Program-made: the position numbers and the translations under genes
Part shown: piece after piece, positions 29,043-39,791 of the stretch
How positions within the stretch are numbered: position 1 is the first letter of the stretch
How the letters are laid out: the number at the start of each line of letters is the position of its first letter
NCBI GenBank assembly: GCA_018817005.1
Contig: JAHIUF010000018.1
Coordinates: 4,964 to 68,963 of the forward strand
Source of the DNA: Nanobdellota archaeon
GTDB taxonomy: Archaea > Nanobdellota > Nanobdellia > Woesearchaeales > GCA-2686295
Length of the DNA stretch: 64,000 bases
Reading direction: 5' to 3'
Notes under the pieces: generated by a model
Seen by the model: the letters and a program-made list of their open reading frames with translations, nothing else
Told to the model about the DNA's origin: nothing
Database searches by the model: none

Positions 29043-30608
29043 TTATTTCTGCAAAGTTTCTTTTCTTCTTAAAAGCCGGTTATAACTTATTGCAAACCTA
29101 TGAGCTTCGTCTCTAATTTCTCGCAAAAATAAAAGACCTTTATTTTTCTTTTCGAGCTTTATTGAAAATTTAAGACCTGGAACAAATATTTCTTCTTCTT
29201 TTTTAGCAATTGAAATAATTGGGATTTTCAAATTCAAATTTTTTAATTCTTCAAGAGCAAAACTCAGTTGTCCTTTTCCTCCGTCAACAACTATTAAGTT
29301 TGGAAGTGGTTTCTTCTCATCCAATAGTCTTTTATATCTTCTCATTACAACTTCTGATATTGCTTTAAAATCATCAATACCTTCAACAGTTCTTATTTTG
29401 TATCTGCGATAATTTTCTTTGTTAGGTTTGCCGTTTTGAAATTGAATCATTGATGCAACAGTTGAAGTTCCTGATATATGTGAAACATCAAAGCACTCTA
29501 TTACGAATGGTGTTTCTTGCAAGCGAAGTTTTGTTTTTAAAACACTTAATTTTTCTACTTCACCAAAAAATAATGCTTCAATATTTTTTAGAACTAGTTC
29601 AAGAAGCTTTTTTTTATCGCCCTTTTTTGGAACAACAACTAAAACTTTTTCTTTTCGTTGAAATTCTAGAAAAGATTTAAGCGAATTACTAATGTTCTTT
29701 GGTAAGATTATTTCTTTTGGAACCTTATTTTCAGAATAATATTGAGAAATAAATTGTTCAAAAAAATCGTTTTGTTCTTCAAATTCAAATTCCTGTTTAT
29801 TTTCAAGAAGACCTTTGTAAACATTAAAAAGCAAGAGATAAACTTTTCCTTGTGCTCGTTTATAATTTATTATATCTTGATTGTATTTTTTTTGCAGTTC
29901 CATGGTTTGTTTTTCTTTAAGCCAGATTAGTGATTGTATTTGATTTCTTAATTCGATTGCTAATTCAAAATCTTGTTTCTTAGAATAAAGTTCCATATTC
30001 TTTTGAAGTATTTTTAAAAGATCGTTTATTTTCCCTTTAAGAACCATTTTTGTAGCAGATATTTTTTTAGCGTATTCCTTTTTTGAAATATTTTTTATAC
30101 ATGGTGCTTCACAAAGTTTTATATGATATCGTAAACAGGATTTTTTAGAGATTTTTTTGCAGGTTCGAAGCTTAAAAGTTTTTATGAGTGTATGCATAAG
30201 ATAATCTCTTGTTCCTGCAGATGTGAATGGTCCGAAAAATTCTCCTGTACCAATTTTTTTTCTTACAATAAGAATTCTTGAAAAATCTTCTTTCGTAATG
30301 TGAATGTAAGCATATCTTTTTGAGTCTTTAAGTTGAATATTATATTTTGGCTGATACTTTTTTATCAGATTATTTTCCAGAATGAGTGCTTCCACTTCAT
30401 TATTTGTTATAAAAAATTCTATGAATTCAATCTTTGAAACAAGAGATTTTGTTTTTGAATCTAAAGACTTTTTTTGAAAATAACTACTAACTCTTTTTTT
30501 TAGATTATTTGCTTTACCAACATAGATTACTTTTTCTTTTTTGTTTTTGAAAAGATAACAACCGGGTTTGATAGGAATTTTGTTTGGGACATCTTTAAGT
30601 TTTATCAT
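29043..30608 (-). CDS. uvrC: Excinuclease ABC subunit C
   Basis: N-terminal GIY-YIG (PGCYLFKNKKEKVIYVGKANNLKKRVSSYF), 521 aa; overlaps the uvrA stop by 4 nt. Confidence 0.85.
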   Translation of the reverse strand: MIKLKDVPNKIPIKPGCYLFKNKKEKVIYVGKANNLKKRVSSYFQKKSLDSKTKSLVSKIEFIEFFITNNEVEALILENNLIKKYQPKYNIQLKDSKRYAYIHITKEDFSRILIVRKKIGTGEFFGPFTSAGTRDYLMHTLIKTFKLRTCKKISKKSCLRYHIKLCEAPCIKNISKKEYAKKISATKMVLKGKINDLLKILQKNMELYSKKQDFELAIELRNQIQSLIWLKEKQTMELQKKYNQDIINYKRAQGKVYLLLFNVYKGLLENKQEFEFEEQNDFFEQFISQYYSENKVPKEIILPKNISNSLKSFLEFQRKEKVLVVVPKKGDKKKLLELVLKNIEALFFGEVEKLSVLKTKLRLQETPFVIECFDVSHISGTSTVASMIQFQNGKPNKENYRRYKIRTVEGIDDFKAISEVVMRRYKRLLDEKKPLPNLIVVDGGKGQLSFALEELKNLNLKIPIISIAKKEEEIFVPGLKFSIKLEKKNKGLLFLREIRDEAHRFAISYNRLLRRKETLQK

Positions 30609-33406
30609 TTTAATATATTTCTTAAAAAAACTGCGGTGTGACTATTCTTGTTTATTGACACCTCTTCAGGTGTTCCTTTTGCAACAATAAAACCTCCATC
30701 ATCACCGCCATCTGGACCTAAATCTATTATGTAATCCGCAGATTTTATAACATCAAGATTATGTTCAATTACAATCATTGTGTTCCCCTTTGAAACTAGT
30801 TCATCTAAAACCAAGATTAGTTTTTTTACATCATGAAAATGAAGACCTGTTGTTGGTTCATCTAATAAATAAACTGTTTTTCCAGTTCCTTTTTTTGAAA
30901 GTTCTCTTGTAAGTTTAATTCTTTGTGCCTCTCCACCAGAAAGGGTTGTAGAGCTTTGACCAAGTTTGATATATCCTAGACCTACTTTTTTTAATGTTTC
31001 AAGTTTTGATTTTAATAGCGGTCTATTCTGAAAAAGTTCGTAAGCTTCATCTACAGTCATATTCAAAATATCTGCTATTGATTTACCTTTAAATCTCACT
31101 TCTAAAGTTTCACGATTGTATCTTTTGCCCCCACAATCTTCACATTCAACATATACATTTGGAAGAAAATTCATTTCTATCTTTATGACTCCATCACCTT
31201 GACAAATTTCGCATCTTCCACCTTTTACATTAAAAGAGAATCTTCCCGGTTTATAACCCCTTATTTTTGATTCTTTTAATTCTGAAAATAGTTTTCTTAT
31301 TTCATCAAAGATTTTTGTGTATGTTGCAGGGTTGCTTCTTGGAGTTTTACCTATGGGACTTTGATCTATTACTACTACTTTATCAATTTCTGATCCTAAT
31401 ATGATTTTATCATGTTCACCAACTCTTTTTTTTGAGTCATAAAGCTTTTTCATAAGGCCTTTATAGAGAATTTCATAAATCAAAGTTGATTTGCCGCTTC
31501 CTGAAACACCTGTTATGAGCGTTAAAATTCCTATTGGAATACTAACATCAATGTTTTTTAAGTTGTTCTGTCTACAACCTTTGATTTCAATAAAACTCTG
31601 AGCCTTTCTTCTAATGTTCGGAATGGAAATTTTCATTTTTTTGGAAAGATATTTTCCTGTCAGGGATTTTTCGTTTTTTGCAATTTCTTCAGGTGTGCCT
31701 TTGGCAATAATCCTTCCCCCTAAAAGACCTGCACCAGGACCCATATCTACAACGTAATCTGCTTTTCTTATTGTGTCTTCATCGTGTTCTACAACAATAA
31801 GAGTATTTCCAATATCTCGTAAGCGATGAAGTGTATCTATTAGTTTTTGATTATCTTTTTGATGAAGACCAATTGATGGTTCGTCAAGAATGTATATTAC
31901 ACCCATTAGATTGGAACCTATCTGTGTTGCAAGTCTAATTCTTTGGGCTTCTCCGCCAGAAAGCGTTCCTGAGTTTCTTGAGAGTGTTAAGTATGAAAGT
32001 CCTACTTCTGATAAAAATTTAAGTCGAGAATTTATTTCTTTTAAGATGTGTTTTGCAATCTCTTGTTCTTTTTCAGATAATTTTAAATCTTTAAAAAAAT
32101 CTAAAGTATCTTTTATGGAAAGGTCGGTTATATCAATTATTGATTTATCGTTTATTTTTACTGCTAAAACTTTTTCTTTAAGCCTTTTTCCCTTACAAGC
32201 AGGACAGGTAGATACTCTCATAAATTTTTCAAGTTCTCTTCTTCTATAATCTGATTCAGTTTGATGAAAAAGTCTTTCAGATTGAGGTACGAGACCTTCC
32301 CAACTACTGGTATGAGTCCAGTTAGCTTCACCTTGCTTCATCTTCATATTAAATTTTATTCGATCCTCAGATCCATACATCAAAATATTGTATTGTTCTT
32401 TTGATAAGTCTTTGATTGCTGTAAAAACTCCAAACCCATAATGTTTAGCAACTGAACCGATATATTGTCCTCGCCAACCATCAATTGCGTTTCTGTAAAG
32501 CATTATTGCACCATCTGCAATTGACTTATTCTTATCTGGTATTATCAAGTCAGGGTCAAAATCCATTTTTATACCAAGACCATGACATTCTTCACAAGCA
32601 CCAAACGGACTATTAAAAGAAAACATTCTTGGTTGCAATTCTTCAAATGCTAAGCCACATTTTGGACAAGCCATTTTTGAAGAGTATAATTGTTCTTTAT
32701 TTGATTCGTCAAGAACAATCAATAATCCTTTTGATTTTAACAGAGCATTTTCACAAGCCTCTACGAGTCTTTGAGTGTCTGTTATGTTAAGTCTATCTAT
32801 AACTATTTCAATATCATGTTTTTTGTATCTTTCAAGAAGTATTTTTTCATCAGTTCTTACAATTTGTTTATTTACTCTTGCTCTTGCATATCCTTCTTTG
32901 TTTAAATCCATTAACAGTTTTTCATATGTTCCTTTTTTTTGTCTGATTATTGGTGAAAGAACTATTATGTTACCGGAGAGTTCTTCTGCAATTTTCTGTG
33001 CAATTCTTTCTGAAGATTGAGCTTCTATTTTTATTCCGTGTTCCGGACAGTAAGGAATACCTATTCTTGCGAAAAGAAGCCTCAGATAATCATATATTTC
33101 AGTTATTGTTCCAACAGTACTTCGAGGATTCTTACTCGTAGTTTTTTGTTCGATTGATATTGCTGGCGATAAGCCTTCAATACTATCAACATCTGGTTTG
33201 TTCATTAACCCCAAAAATTGTCTTGCATAAGCTGAAAGTGATTCAACATATCTTCTTTGCCCTTCAGCATATAATGTGTCAAAAGCAAGGGTTGATTTTC
33301 CACTGCCTGAAAGACCAGTTATTACTATAAACTTATCCCTTGGAAGTGTTACATTAATGTTTTTTAGGTTGTGCTCACGAGCACCTTTAATTATTATGTC
33401 TTTCAT
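30605..33406 (-). CDS. uvrA: Excinuclease ABC subunit A
   Basis: 933 aa, two ABC modules ([20 protein letters not shown]), zinc fingers, LSGGEAQRI signatures. Confidence 0.9.
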   Translation of the reverse strand: MKDIIIKGAREHNLKNINVTLPRDKFIVITGLSGSGKSTLAFDTLYAEGQRRYVESLSAYARQFLGLMNKPDVDSIEGLSPAISIEQKTTSKNPRSTVGTITEIYDYLRLLFARIGIPYCPEHGIKIEAQSSERIAQKIAEELSGNIIVLSPIIRQKKGTYEKLLMDLNKEGYARARVNKQIVRTDEKILLERYKKHDIEIVIDRLNITDTQRLVEACENALLKSKGLLIVLDESNKEQLYSSKMACPKCGLAFEELQPRMFSFNSPFGACEECHGLGIKMDFDPDLIIPDKNKSIADGAIMLYRNAIDGWRGQYIGSVAKHYGFGVFTAIKDLSKEQYNILMYGSEDRIKFNMKMKQGEANWTHTSSWEGLVPQSERLFHQTESDYRRRELEKFMRVSTCPACKGKRLKEKVLAVKINDKSIIDITDLSIKDTLDFFKDLKLSEKEQEIAKHILKEINSRLKFLSEVGLSYLTLSRNSGTLSGGEAQRIRLATQIGSNLMGVIYILDEPSIGLHQKDNQKLIDTLHRLRDIGNTLIVVEHDEDTIRKADYVVDMGPGAGLLGGRIIAKGTPEEIAKNEKSLTGKYLSKKMKISIPNIRRKAQSFIEIKGCRQNNLKNIDVSIPIGILTLITGVSGSGKSTLIYEILYKGLMKKLYDSKKRVGEHDKIILGSEIDKVVVIDQSPIGKTPRSNPATYTKIFDEIRKLFSELKESKIRGYKPGRFSFNVKGGRCEICQGDGVIKIEMNFLPNVYVECEDCGGKRYNRETLEVRFKGKSIADILNMTVDEAYELFQNRPLLKSKLETLKKVGLGYIKLGQSSTTLSGGEAQRIKLTRELSKKGTGKTVYLLDEPTTGLHFHDVKKLILVLDELVSKGNTMIVIEHNLDVIKSADYIIDLGPDGGDDGGFIVAKGTPEEVSINKNSHTAVFLRNILK

Positions 33407-33443
33407 TTTGTTTATTTAAAAAAAAATTAGCCTTTATTTATAA

Positions 33444-34139
33444 TTATTTGTCTAAAGTTTTGGAGAATACCCTGTGAGCCTCTTCTTTTGTTATCTCTTT
33501 ATACTCACCAACTCTCAAACCATTTATTGATAATTCTCCAATCTTTGTTCTTTCAAGAGTTTTTATTCTATAACCAAGCTGTTTTAACATTCGCCTAACA
33601 ATGCGATTTTTTCCTTCATGAATTTCTATTTCTACCAAATTCTCTTTTATCTTGTGAGCTTTTGCTGGTGAAGTTATGCCGTCTTCGAGTTTTATTCCAG
33701 TCTCAATTTTTTTCAAGTCTTCTTCCAAAAATTTCTTGTCAACTTCTGCTCTATAGGTTTTGTTCACTTCATAACGTGGGTGCATCACTTTATTTGCAAA
33801 GTCTCCATCATTAGTCATTAAAAGAAGACCTGAAGTGTAATAATCAAGCCTCCCAACAGGAACGACCCGCTCTTTTATTTTAATATAGTCCATTACTGTT
33901 TTATAATGCGCATCCATTAAGGCAGTCACACATTTTACTGGCTTGTGAAATAAAAGATATAGAGTCTTTGGTTTTTTTAAGATTTCTCCTTCAACTTTTA
34001 TTTCATCCTTTTCCGAAGCCTTATCGCCGATAGATATTTTTTTACCATTAACAAAAACTTTTCCCTGATTTATTAATTCTTCAGCTTTTCTTCTGGAACA
34101 ATATCCAAAGTTAGCAATAATTTTTTGAACCCTCTCCAT
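33444..34139 (-). CDS. rRNA pseudouridine synthase, RsuA/RluB family (S4 domain plus catalytic domain)
   Basis: S4 domain at N-terminus; catalytic Asp motif GRLDYYTSGLLLMTNDG. Confidence 0.7.
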   Translation of the reverse strand: MERVQKIIANFGYCSRRKAEELINQGKVFVNGKKISIGDKASEKDEIKVEGEILKKPKTLYLLFHKPVKCVTALMDAHYKTVMDYIKIKERVVPVGRLDYYTSGLLLMTNDGDFANKVMHPRYEVNKTYRAEVDKKFLEEDLKKIETGIKLEDGITSPAKAHKIKENLVEIEIHEGKNRIVRRMLKQLGYRIKTLERTKIGELSINGLRVGEYKEITKEEAHRVFSKTLDK

Positions 34140-34197
34140 AAATAAAAATATTGACGCTTAGAATTTAAAGTTAACTAAAAAAAAAGAGAAAAAAAAA

Positions 34198-36624
34198 TTA
34201 TTTTTCTATAGTCAAATCTTTTCCGAATTCCACTGTTTCTATTTTATGCATTGCTTTTAAGTCTTTTTCAAGCGACTTCAAACTTTTCGGGATACAAACT
34301 TTCTTCAAAGAATCCCTTAAACTTAAGCCAGCATCTTTTTTACACTTCCAAATCGCGCCATTCACATCAGATATTTCTTCTGTTGAAAGTGTTGGTTCAA
34401 AATTAAATTCTACCTCTGGAAATAGTTCTGAATGAATATCTTTTTCTCTCAAATCAAAATAAATCTTGTATGTGATGAAAGGCGTTATTGGAGCTAACAA
34501 TTTCAAAATTATTTCAAGGCAATAATTAAGTGTGAAAAGAGCCGCGTTTTGCTCTTCTTTTGAAAAAGAATTATCTTCATTGTAAGCCCTTGACTTAACA
34601 AGCTCCAAGTAATGAGATGCAAAGGTTTCCCAAATAAAATGTTTTATTTTTATTGCAGGATTATGAAAATCATAGTTTCCATATCTGTCTTCAGAATGCT
34701 TAATTAGTTTTGAAACTTCAGATATTATCCATTTATCAACTTCCATTAATTCATATTTTCCAGAAACCTCAGGAAACATGCTTATGAATCTTGAAACATT
34801 CCACAGTTTTGTAAGGGTTTTTCCAGCACCTTCAATCCTTTCAAATGAGCAGCGAAAATCTGTGCTTTCAAGGTTTCCCTCGATAGCACTCCAAAGTCTA
34901 AATGGTTCTGCACCGAATTGTTTTAAAACTTTTTGTGGGTCTATAATATTACCTTTACTTTTGCTCATTTTATGGCCGTTTTCATCAACAATATGATGAT
35001 TTATCCAAACATCCTTGAAAATGAGTTTATCAGTTAAGAGATAATCCTTTAAAATTGTGTAATAAAGCCAAGTTCTTACTATTTCTTTACCTTGAGGTCT
35101 TAAAGAACATGGACTTGCTCTCTTAAAAAAATCTTCGTCCCGACTATATTTTAAAATGTAAAGTGGAGATATTGATGAATCAAACCAAGTATCAAAAACT
35201 CTTTTTTCACTAACCCATTTGCTTTTAGGATAATCCTTTAGCAGACCAATTTTATTTTTATCTTTGTCATAAATAACAGACTCGCTTGGAGGGGCTTCTT
35301 TCCAAGGCTGATAATATTTTCCTTTTGGTGGAAGAGCAAAATAATTATTTTCAACATCATACCAAAGAGGTATTTCTGTCGCGTAAAATCGACTTCTCGA
35401 TATTGGCCAGTCAATGTTTACAGAGTTAATCCAATTCAAAAGTATTTGAAGACTTTTTGGAGAATACATGTTGAGTTTATGAGCAAGCCCCAACATTTTT
35501 TCTTTGAACTCGACTTGCTTCACATACCATTCTTTCATATTTATGAATTCAATAGGGTCTTTGCTTCGTTCACAAATAGGTGTTCTATGAGTAACTCTTT
35601 TTTGACCCACTAAAAGACCTTTTTTGTCAATTTCAGCAACAATTTTTCTTTGAGCATCCTTTGTCGAAAGTCCTTTTAAAAAACCAGCATTTTTATTCAT
35701 TGTTCCATCTTTGTTAATGGCTATTGTTGGCTCCAATCCTTGTTCTCTGAAGAATCTAATATCAGTCACATCTCCAAAAGAACACATCATCATAATTCCC
35801 GTTCCTTTATCCATTTCAGCTGACGGATGAGCCATTATTGGAACTTCTTTTTCATAAATAGGAGTTATCGCTGTTCGTCCATCAAGATGCTTATATCGTT
35901 CATCTTGAGGATTGAAAATTATTGCTCCACAAGCACATATAAGTTCTGGTCTCGTCGTTGCAATAATTAAGTCATCGCCTATTTCTTTAACTTTAAATTT
36001 TATATCGTTAAAAAAAGCCGGAAAATCTTCATAATCAATTTCTGCATCGGCAATAGTTGTTTGACATCCAGGACACCAGTTATTTGCCCGGTCATCCTCA
36101 TATATCAAACCTTTATTCCACATATCAATAAATGTTTCTTGAGTGAGTGAGCGATAAGATGGTGAATCAGTATAATAAATGTCTCCTGGTTCGTCTCCCA
36201 ATATCCATGAATTAAAGCTTATTCCTGATTCAAAAAAAGATTTTGTGGATGCAAGAGAACTATCTTCGAGTATTTTTTCACAATACTCGGTGGCTTTTTT
36301 TCTTGGAAGAGAAGCAAGTCTAACACCAAACTTTTTTTCTGCAGCCATCTCAATTGGAAGCCCATTTCTATCAAGTCCTAGTGGAAACAAAACATTATAT
36401 CCTTTCATACGCTTAAATCTTGCAAAAAAATCCATTAACACATATGTTGTTGCATGACCAATATGGACTGGCGTATTAACATAAGGTGGCGGTGTATCTA
36501 TCGAATAAACTGGTTTTTTATTTTTCTTATCAAAAGCATACGCTTTATCTTTTTTCCATTTTGTATAAATTTCTTTTTCAAAATCTTTAGTCCAGTGTTT
36601 TCCTTTTAGTTTCGGTTCAATCAT
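34198..36624 (-). CDS. valS: Valyl-tRNA synthetase (archaeal type)
   Basis: HIGH (PPPYVNTPVHIGHA), KMSKS (KMSKSKGN), editing domain; start set at MIEPKL (the ORF extension MVCVSFF... is hydrophobic and implausible); TTTATAAA box about 30 nt upstream. Confidence 0.8.
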   Translation of the reverse strand: MIEPKLKGKHWTKDFEKEIYTKWKKDKAYAFDKKNKKPVYSIDTPPPYVNTPVHIGHATTYVLMDFFARFKRMKGYNVLFPLGLDRNGLPIEMAAEKKFGVRLASLPRKKATEYCEKILEDSSLASTKSFFESGISFNSWILGDEPGDIYYTDSPSYRSLTQETFIDMWNKGLIYEDDRANNWCPGCQTTIADAEIDYEDFPAFFNDIKFKVKEIGDDLIIATTRPELICACGAIIFNPQDERYKHLDGRTAITPIYEKEVPIMAHPSAEMDKGTGIMMMCSFGDVTDIRFFREQGLEPTIAINKDGTMNKNAGFLKGLSTKDAQRKIVAEIDKKGLLVGQKRVTHRTPICERSKDPIEFINMKEWYVKQVEFKEKMLGLAHKLNMYSPKSLQILLNWINSVNIDWPISRSRFYATEIPLWYDVENNYFALPPKGKYYQPWKEAPPSESVIYDKDKNKIGLLKDYPKSKWVSEKRVFDTWFDSSISPLYILKYSRDEDFFKRASPCSLRPQGKEIVRTWLYYTILKDYLLTDKLIFKDVWINHHIVDENGHKMSKSKGNIIDPQKVLKQFGAEPFRLWSAIEGNLESTDFRCSFERIEGAGKTLTKLWNVSRFISMFPEVSGKYELMEVDKWIISEVSKLIKHSEDRYGNYDFHNPAIKIKHFIWETFASHYLELVKSRAYNEDNSFSKEEQNAALFTLNYCLEIILKLLAPITPFITYKIYFDLREKDIHSELFPEVEFNFEPTLSTEEISDVNGAIWKCKKDAGLSLRDSLKKVCIPKSLKSLEKDLKAMHKIETVEFGKDLTIEK

Positions 36625-36774
36625 GATGCTTCTTAGTATAAGGAGGTCATTTATAAAATTTATCCAATAGAAAAATATAAAAAAGGAAACACATACCATC
36701 AGATTAAAGAGGTGGGGCTGGAAGTCTCATAAAAAAAGATTTCTAAAAATAATTTTTTTAAGGGGGGTTTAAAA

Positions 36775-37815
36775 TTGGCTAAAAAAACATTTATTATAGA
36801 CTATGATGATACGCTTACGTGGAACCAACATGATTATTCATATCCACAGATAGAAATGATTCTTTCTTGTTATAATAAATTTAGAAAAAAAATACCTAAA
36901 GATCATTCTTATCCTCAGATAAAACAAGCAAAATACTTGATTGATAATATTCAGCATAATGCACCTGATGTCCAAACAATAATTAATCTTCAAACAACAA
37001 ATGAATCGTTTGAGTTACATAATTTTTTGGAATTTGAATTTGCTAAATCATTTATTAAAACTTATGAAAATATTTGTGCAAAAGCACTTATTAAAACTGA
37101 CCTCAGTTATTTAAAAAAAATGTTTGAGTTGGGAGAGGAAGCTTGGAGAGTTTACGGTGAAAGAACAGACACTTACATACAAGAAACTTTTGCTAAAAAA
37201 ATAATTAATTTAGAGGTTAATATTGACAAAGAACATGTAAAAACAATGGGTTTTTGCATGGAGAGATTTCCAACTTCTTTTGTAAAAACATATGAGTCGT
37301 TGTGTAAAGAATTTGGTTTTGAAATAAAAGAAAAAGAGCAACAAAAATATTATGATATGGGTATGAAGGCATTTTCTTATAAACGATATAAAGAAAAAGG
37401 TTTTGTTAAAGGTGCAGAAGAAATCCTTGATTTTCTGAAAAAAGATGGTAACAAACTTATGTTGTACACAAAAGGAGACAAACGTGTACAGGAGAAAAAG
37501 CTTGAAGCAATAAAAATCTACAAAAATGGTGAAATTATCAGGTGGTTTGATGAAGTGCACATTGTTGATTTGAAAAGTAAAAAGCAGATTGAAGAACTAA
37601 TTGGTTCAGAAGATAAAAACAACGTGTACAAGATTGGAAACTCGATTAGAAGCGATGTAAAACCAGCTCTTGAAGCAGGAATTAAAGTGATTTATATTCC
37701 TTATGAAACTTGGGCTTATGAAAGAGAACATAATGGCCTTAGTGATGAAGAAAGAAAAAGAGTCATTGAAATTCCAAAAATTATCGATATAAAAAAGATA
37801 TATCAAGACTTATAA
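36775..37815 (+). CDS. HAD-superfamily hydrolase with large cap insertion
   Basis: Motif I IDYDDTLT (DxDxT), motif IV-like KIGNSIRSDV. Confidence 0.5.
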   Translation: MAKKTFIIDYDDTLTWNQHDYSYPQIEMILSCYNKFRKKIPKDHSYPQIKQAKYLIDNIQHNAPDVQTIINLQTTNESFELHNFLEFEFAKSFIKTYENICAKALIKTDLSYLKKMFELGEEAWRVYGERTDTYIQETFAKKIINLEVNIDKEHVKTMGFCMERFPTSFVKTYESLCKEFGFEIKEKEQQKYYDMGMKAFSYKRYKEKGFVKGAEEILDFLKKDGNKLMLYTKGDKRVQEKKLEAIKIYKNGEIIRWFDEVHIVDLKSKKQIEELIGSEDKNNVYKIGNSIRSDVKPALEAGIKVIYIPYETWAYEREHNGLSDEERKRVIEIPKIIDIKKIYQDL

Positions 37816-37866
37816 TCAAAATAAGAGGAAATATTTAAAAATAAACTTGATTCTCAATAGTTATAA

Positions 37867-38052
37867 GGACCTATAGCCTAGCCTGGCAACCTTTTGAGCA
37901 AGTCAAAAGCTTGACCAAAAATCGTCCGACATAAAGTCGAACAAGTTGGGCAAATAAGGCGACAGCCTTCTAAAGTCAAGGTTTCCTTGAACTTTTCAAG
38001 AGCTTTGACTGCTGATAGCTGTAGATCGGGGGTTCGAATCCCCCTAGGTCCA
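37867..38052 (+). tRNA. tRNA-Arg (anticodon TCT) with two introns (about 67 nt in the D-loop, about 44 nt at canonical 37/38)
   Basis: Acceptor GGACCTA/TAGGTCC, D-stem GCCT/AGGC (37957-37960), anticodon stem ACAGC/GCTGT, loop CTTCTAA, T-arm GGGGG-TTCGAAT-CCCCC, discriminator A; exons approx 37867-37889, 37957-37972, 38017-38052. Confidence 0.75.
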
Positions 38053-38121
38053 TATTTTCTTTTTTATAATAACAGCTCATCTAATCACAAATTATAATAA
38101 CTCCGTTATTCTCTTGTTATT

Positions 38122-38910
38122 GTGAAAAAACTCAGACTTCAACAATTCTTGAGCATGACAGGGGCTTTTTCCAGTAAAAGCGCTGTTTTGAAAGCAATTA
38201 AAGATGGTGATATAATAATTGATAATAAAATAATGAAAAATCCTAATTTTCAAATTGGAATTTCAAGATTTGTGTTATGGAATAAAACAAAGCTTTTTGC
38301 AATCCGAAAGAAAACTTATATTGTTTTGAATAAGCCAGCAGGATTTCTTTCTTCTAAACTCAGCAAGAATGATGAACTTCTGAGGAAAAAAAGTGTTTTT
38401 TCCTTGCTTAAAGGACTAGATGAACAAACAATTAACACTTTGTTTTGCGTTGGAAGACTGGATGAAGACACAACTGGTCTTTTAATAATAACAAATGATG
38501 GGGAATTATCACACAAAACAACGAATCCTTTGTTCTCTGTTCATAAAAAATATCTTGTAACACTTGAGCAGGATTTATCTTCTGAAGCAAAAAAGAGGCT
38601 AGAACAGGGAGTTATAATAATTTTAGAAGAGAATAACAAAAAAACTGCATACAAAACAAAACCTTGTACAATAAATTTCAAAGATCAAAGTCAAAAACAA
38701 CTCATAATCACGCTTGCTGAAGGTAAAAAGCGTGAAGTAAAAAGAATGATTGAGACTGTGAAAAATAAAGTTACTGCTTTAGAAAGGATATCTATTGGTT
38801 GCTTAGAACTTGATGAACTTGATATTCCAAAAGGACAATATAAGACTTTTGAAAAAGATTTCTTACTTAACAAAATAAACTGCGAAGAAAAATCATCTTG
38901 TAAGCATTGA
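38122..38910 (+). CDS. Pseudouridine synthase, RsuA family (second copy; GTG start)
   Basis: S4 domain, catalytic GRLDEDTTGLLIITNDG. Confidence 0.65.
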   Translation: MKKLRLQQFLSMTGAFSSKSAVLKAIKDGDIIIDNKIMKNPNFQIGISRFVLWNKTKLFAIRKKTYIVLNKPAGFLSSKLSKNDELLRKKSVFSLLKGLDEQTINTLFCVGRLDEDTTGLLIITNDGELSHKTTNPLFSVHKKYLVTLEQDLSSEAKKRLEQGVIIILEENNKKTAYKTKPCTINFKDQSQKQLIITLAEGKKREVKRMIETVKNKVTALERISIGCLELDELDIPKGQYKTFEKDFLLNKINCEEKSSCKH

Positions 38911-39151
38911 TATCTGCTTTGAGTATTTTAATATCCAAAAAATATCTGTTGCTTGCTTTACAGCTGTAAAATCTTTTTGTTTTTTTAAAACTTCAAAGAT
39001 GTTTTTGTATGTCGTTTTTATGTCTCGTTCTTCAGACCATAGAGATAGTGATTTTTCAGTAAATCTAAGAGGACATGGTTCACTTGTTCTTGCAGAAAAT
39101 ATTGAAAAATATATTATATGAACCAAGACCTATGCCTGAAATTGTAAAAGA

Positions 39152-39622
39152 TTATTTGGGAATGTAAAGTCCTTCTTTTGTTCTCCATTCATTTCTTATG
39201 TCTTGCCAGTGTTCTTTTGAATGGATTTTATAGAATAATTTTATTCCTGCACTTTTTATGCCTGTAGTGTTATAATATAAAACATCTCCTTTTGGATATT
39301 CACCTTTATTTATCGCTGCAAGAAAAATTTTTGTTTCTACATCATATTTTTCTTTCATATAATCAACAGTCCAAAAACCTTGTGAAGGTGTTTTTCTGGA
39401 CCAAAGTCCTCCCCAGTCTTTAGCATCTTTGACAACCCATTCATCTGGTAATTCATAGTATTCATTGAATGGGTATTTAAGGATGTAAGGATTATTTGCA
39501 AGTCCTAATGATTTCATATCTGTTGTTACAATCTTGAAACTCATGTTGTAAACTTTATCATCCAGCATTACTTCATAAATGGGCGGTAAAGGACATTTTC
39601 TTGGAAAATCGTGTCTTGGCAT
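39152..39622 (-). CDS. hypothetical protein
   Basis: 156-aa ORF, Trp/Tyr-rich. Confidence 0.4.
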   Translation of the reverse strand: MPRHDFPRKCPLPPIYEVMLDDKVYNMSFKIVTTDMKSLGLANNPYILKYPFNEYYELPDEWVVKDAKDWGGLWSRKTPSQGFWTVDYMKEKYDVETKIFLAAINKGEYPKGDVLYYNTTGIKSAGIKLFYKIHSKEHWQDIRNEWRTKEGLYIPK

Positions 39623-39702
39623 AATTTTAAGGAATTAAAAATTATTTATATACATATCCATAAGCTTTATATATGCTTGACGATTTTTTCAAAAAGAGTT
39701 TC

Positions 39703-39774
39703 GCAGGAGTGGCCAAACGGTAAGGTGAGCGCCTGCAGAGCGCTAGATTGGGGGTTCAAATCCCTCCTCCTGCT
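39703..39774 (+). tRNA. tRNA-Cys (anticodon GCA)
   Basis: Acceptor GCAGGAG/CTCCTGC, anticodon stem AGCGC/GCGCT with loop CTGCAGA, T-arm GGGGG-TTCAAAT-CCCTC, discriminator U73 (Cys identity element); short 3-bp D-stem. Confidence 0.8.
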
Positions 39775-39791
39775 TTGCAAAATTCTAAAAA

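Noticed and set aside
36625-36699. Hydrophobic N-terminal extension of ValRS (MVCVSFFIFFYWINF...)
   Set aside because: The sequence is not ValRS-like, and the TATA-like box sits about 30 nt upstream of the internal Met.
38893-39126. 77-aa minus-strand ORF downstream of the second RsuA gene
   Set aside because: No motif or RBS, and it overlaps the RsuA 3' end. Kept out for lack of support, though the 240-nt gap could hold a small gene.
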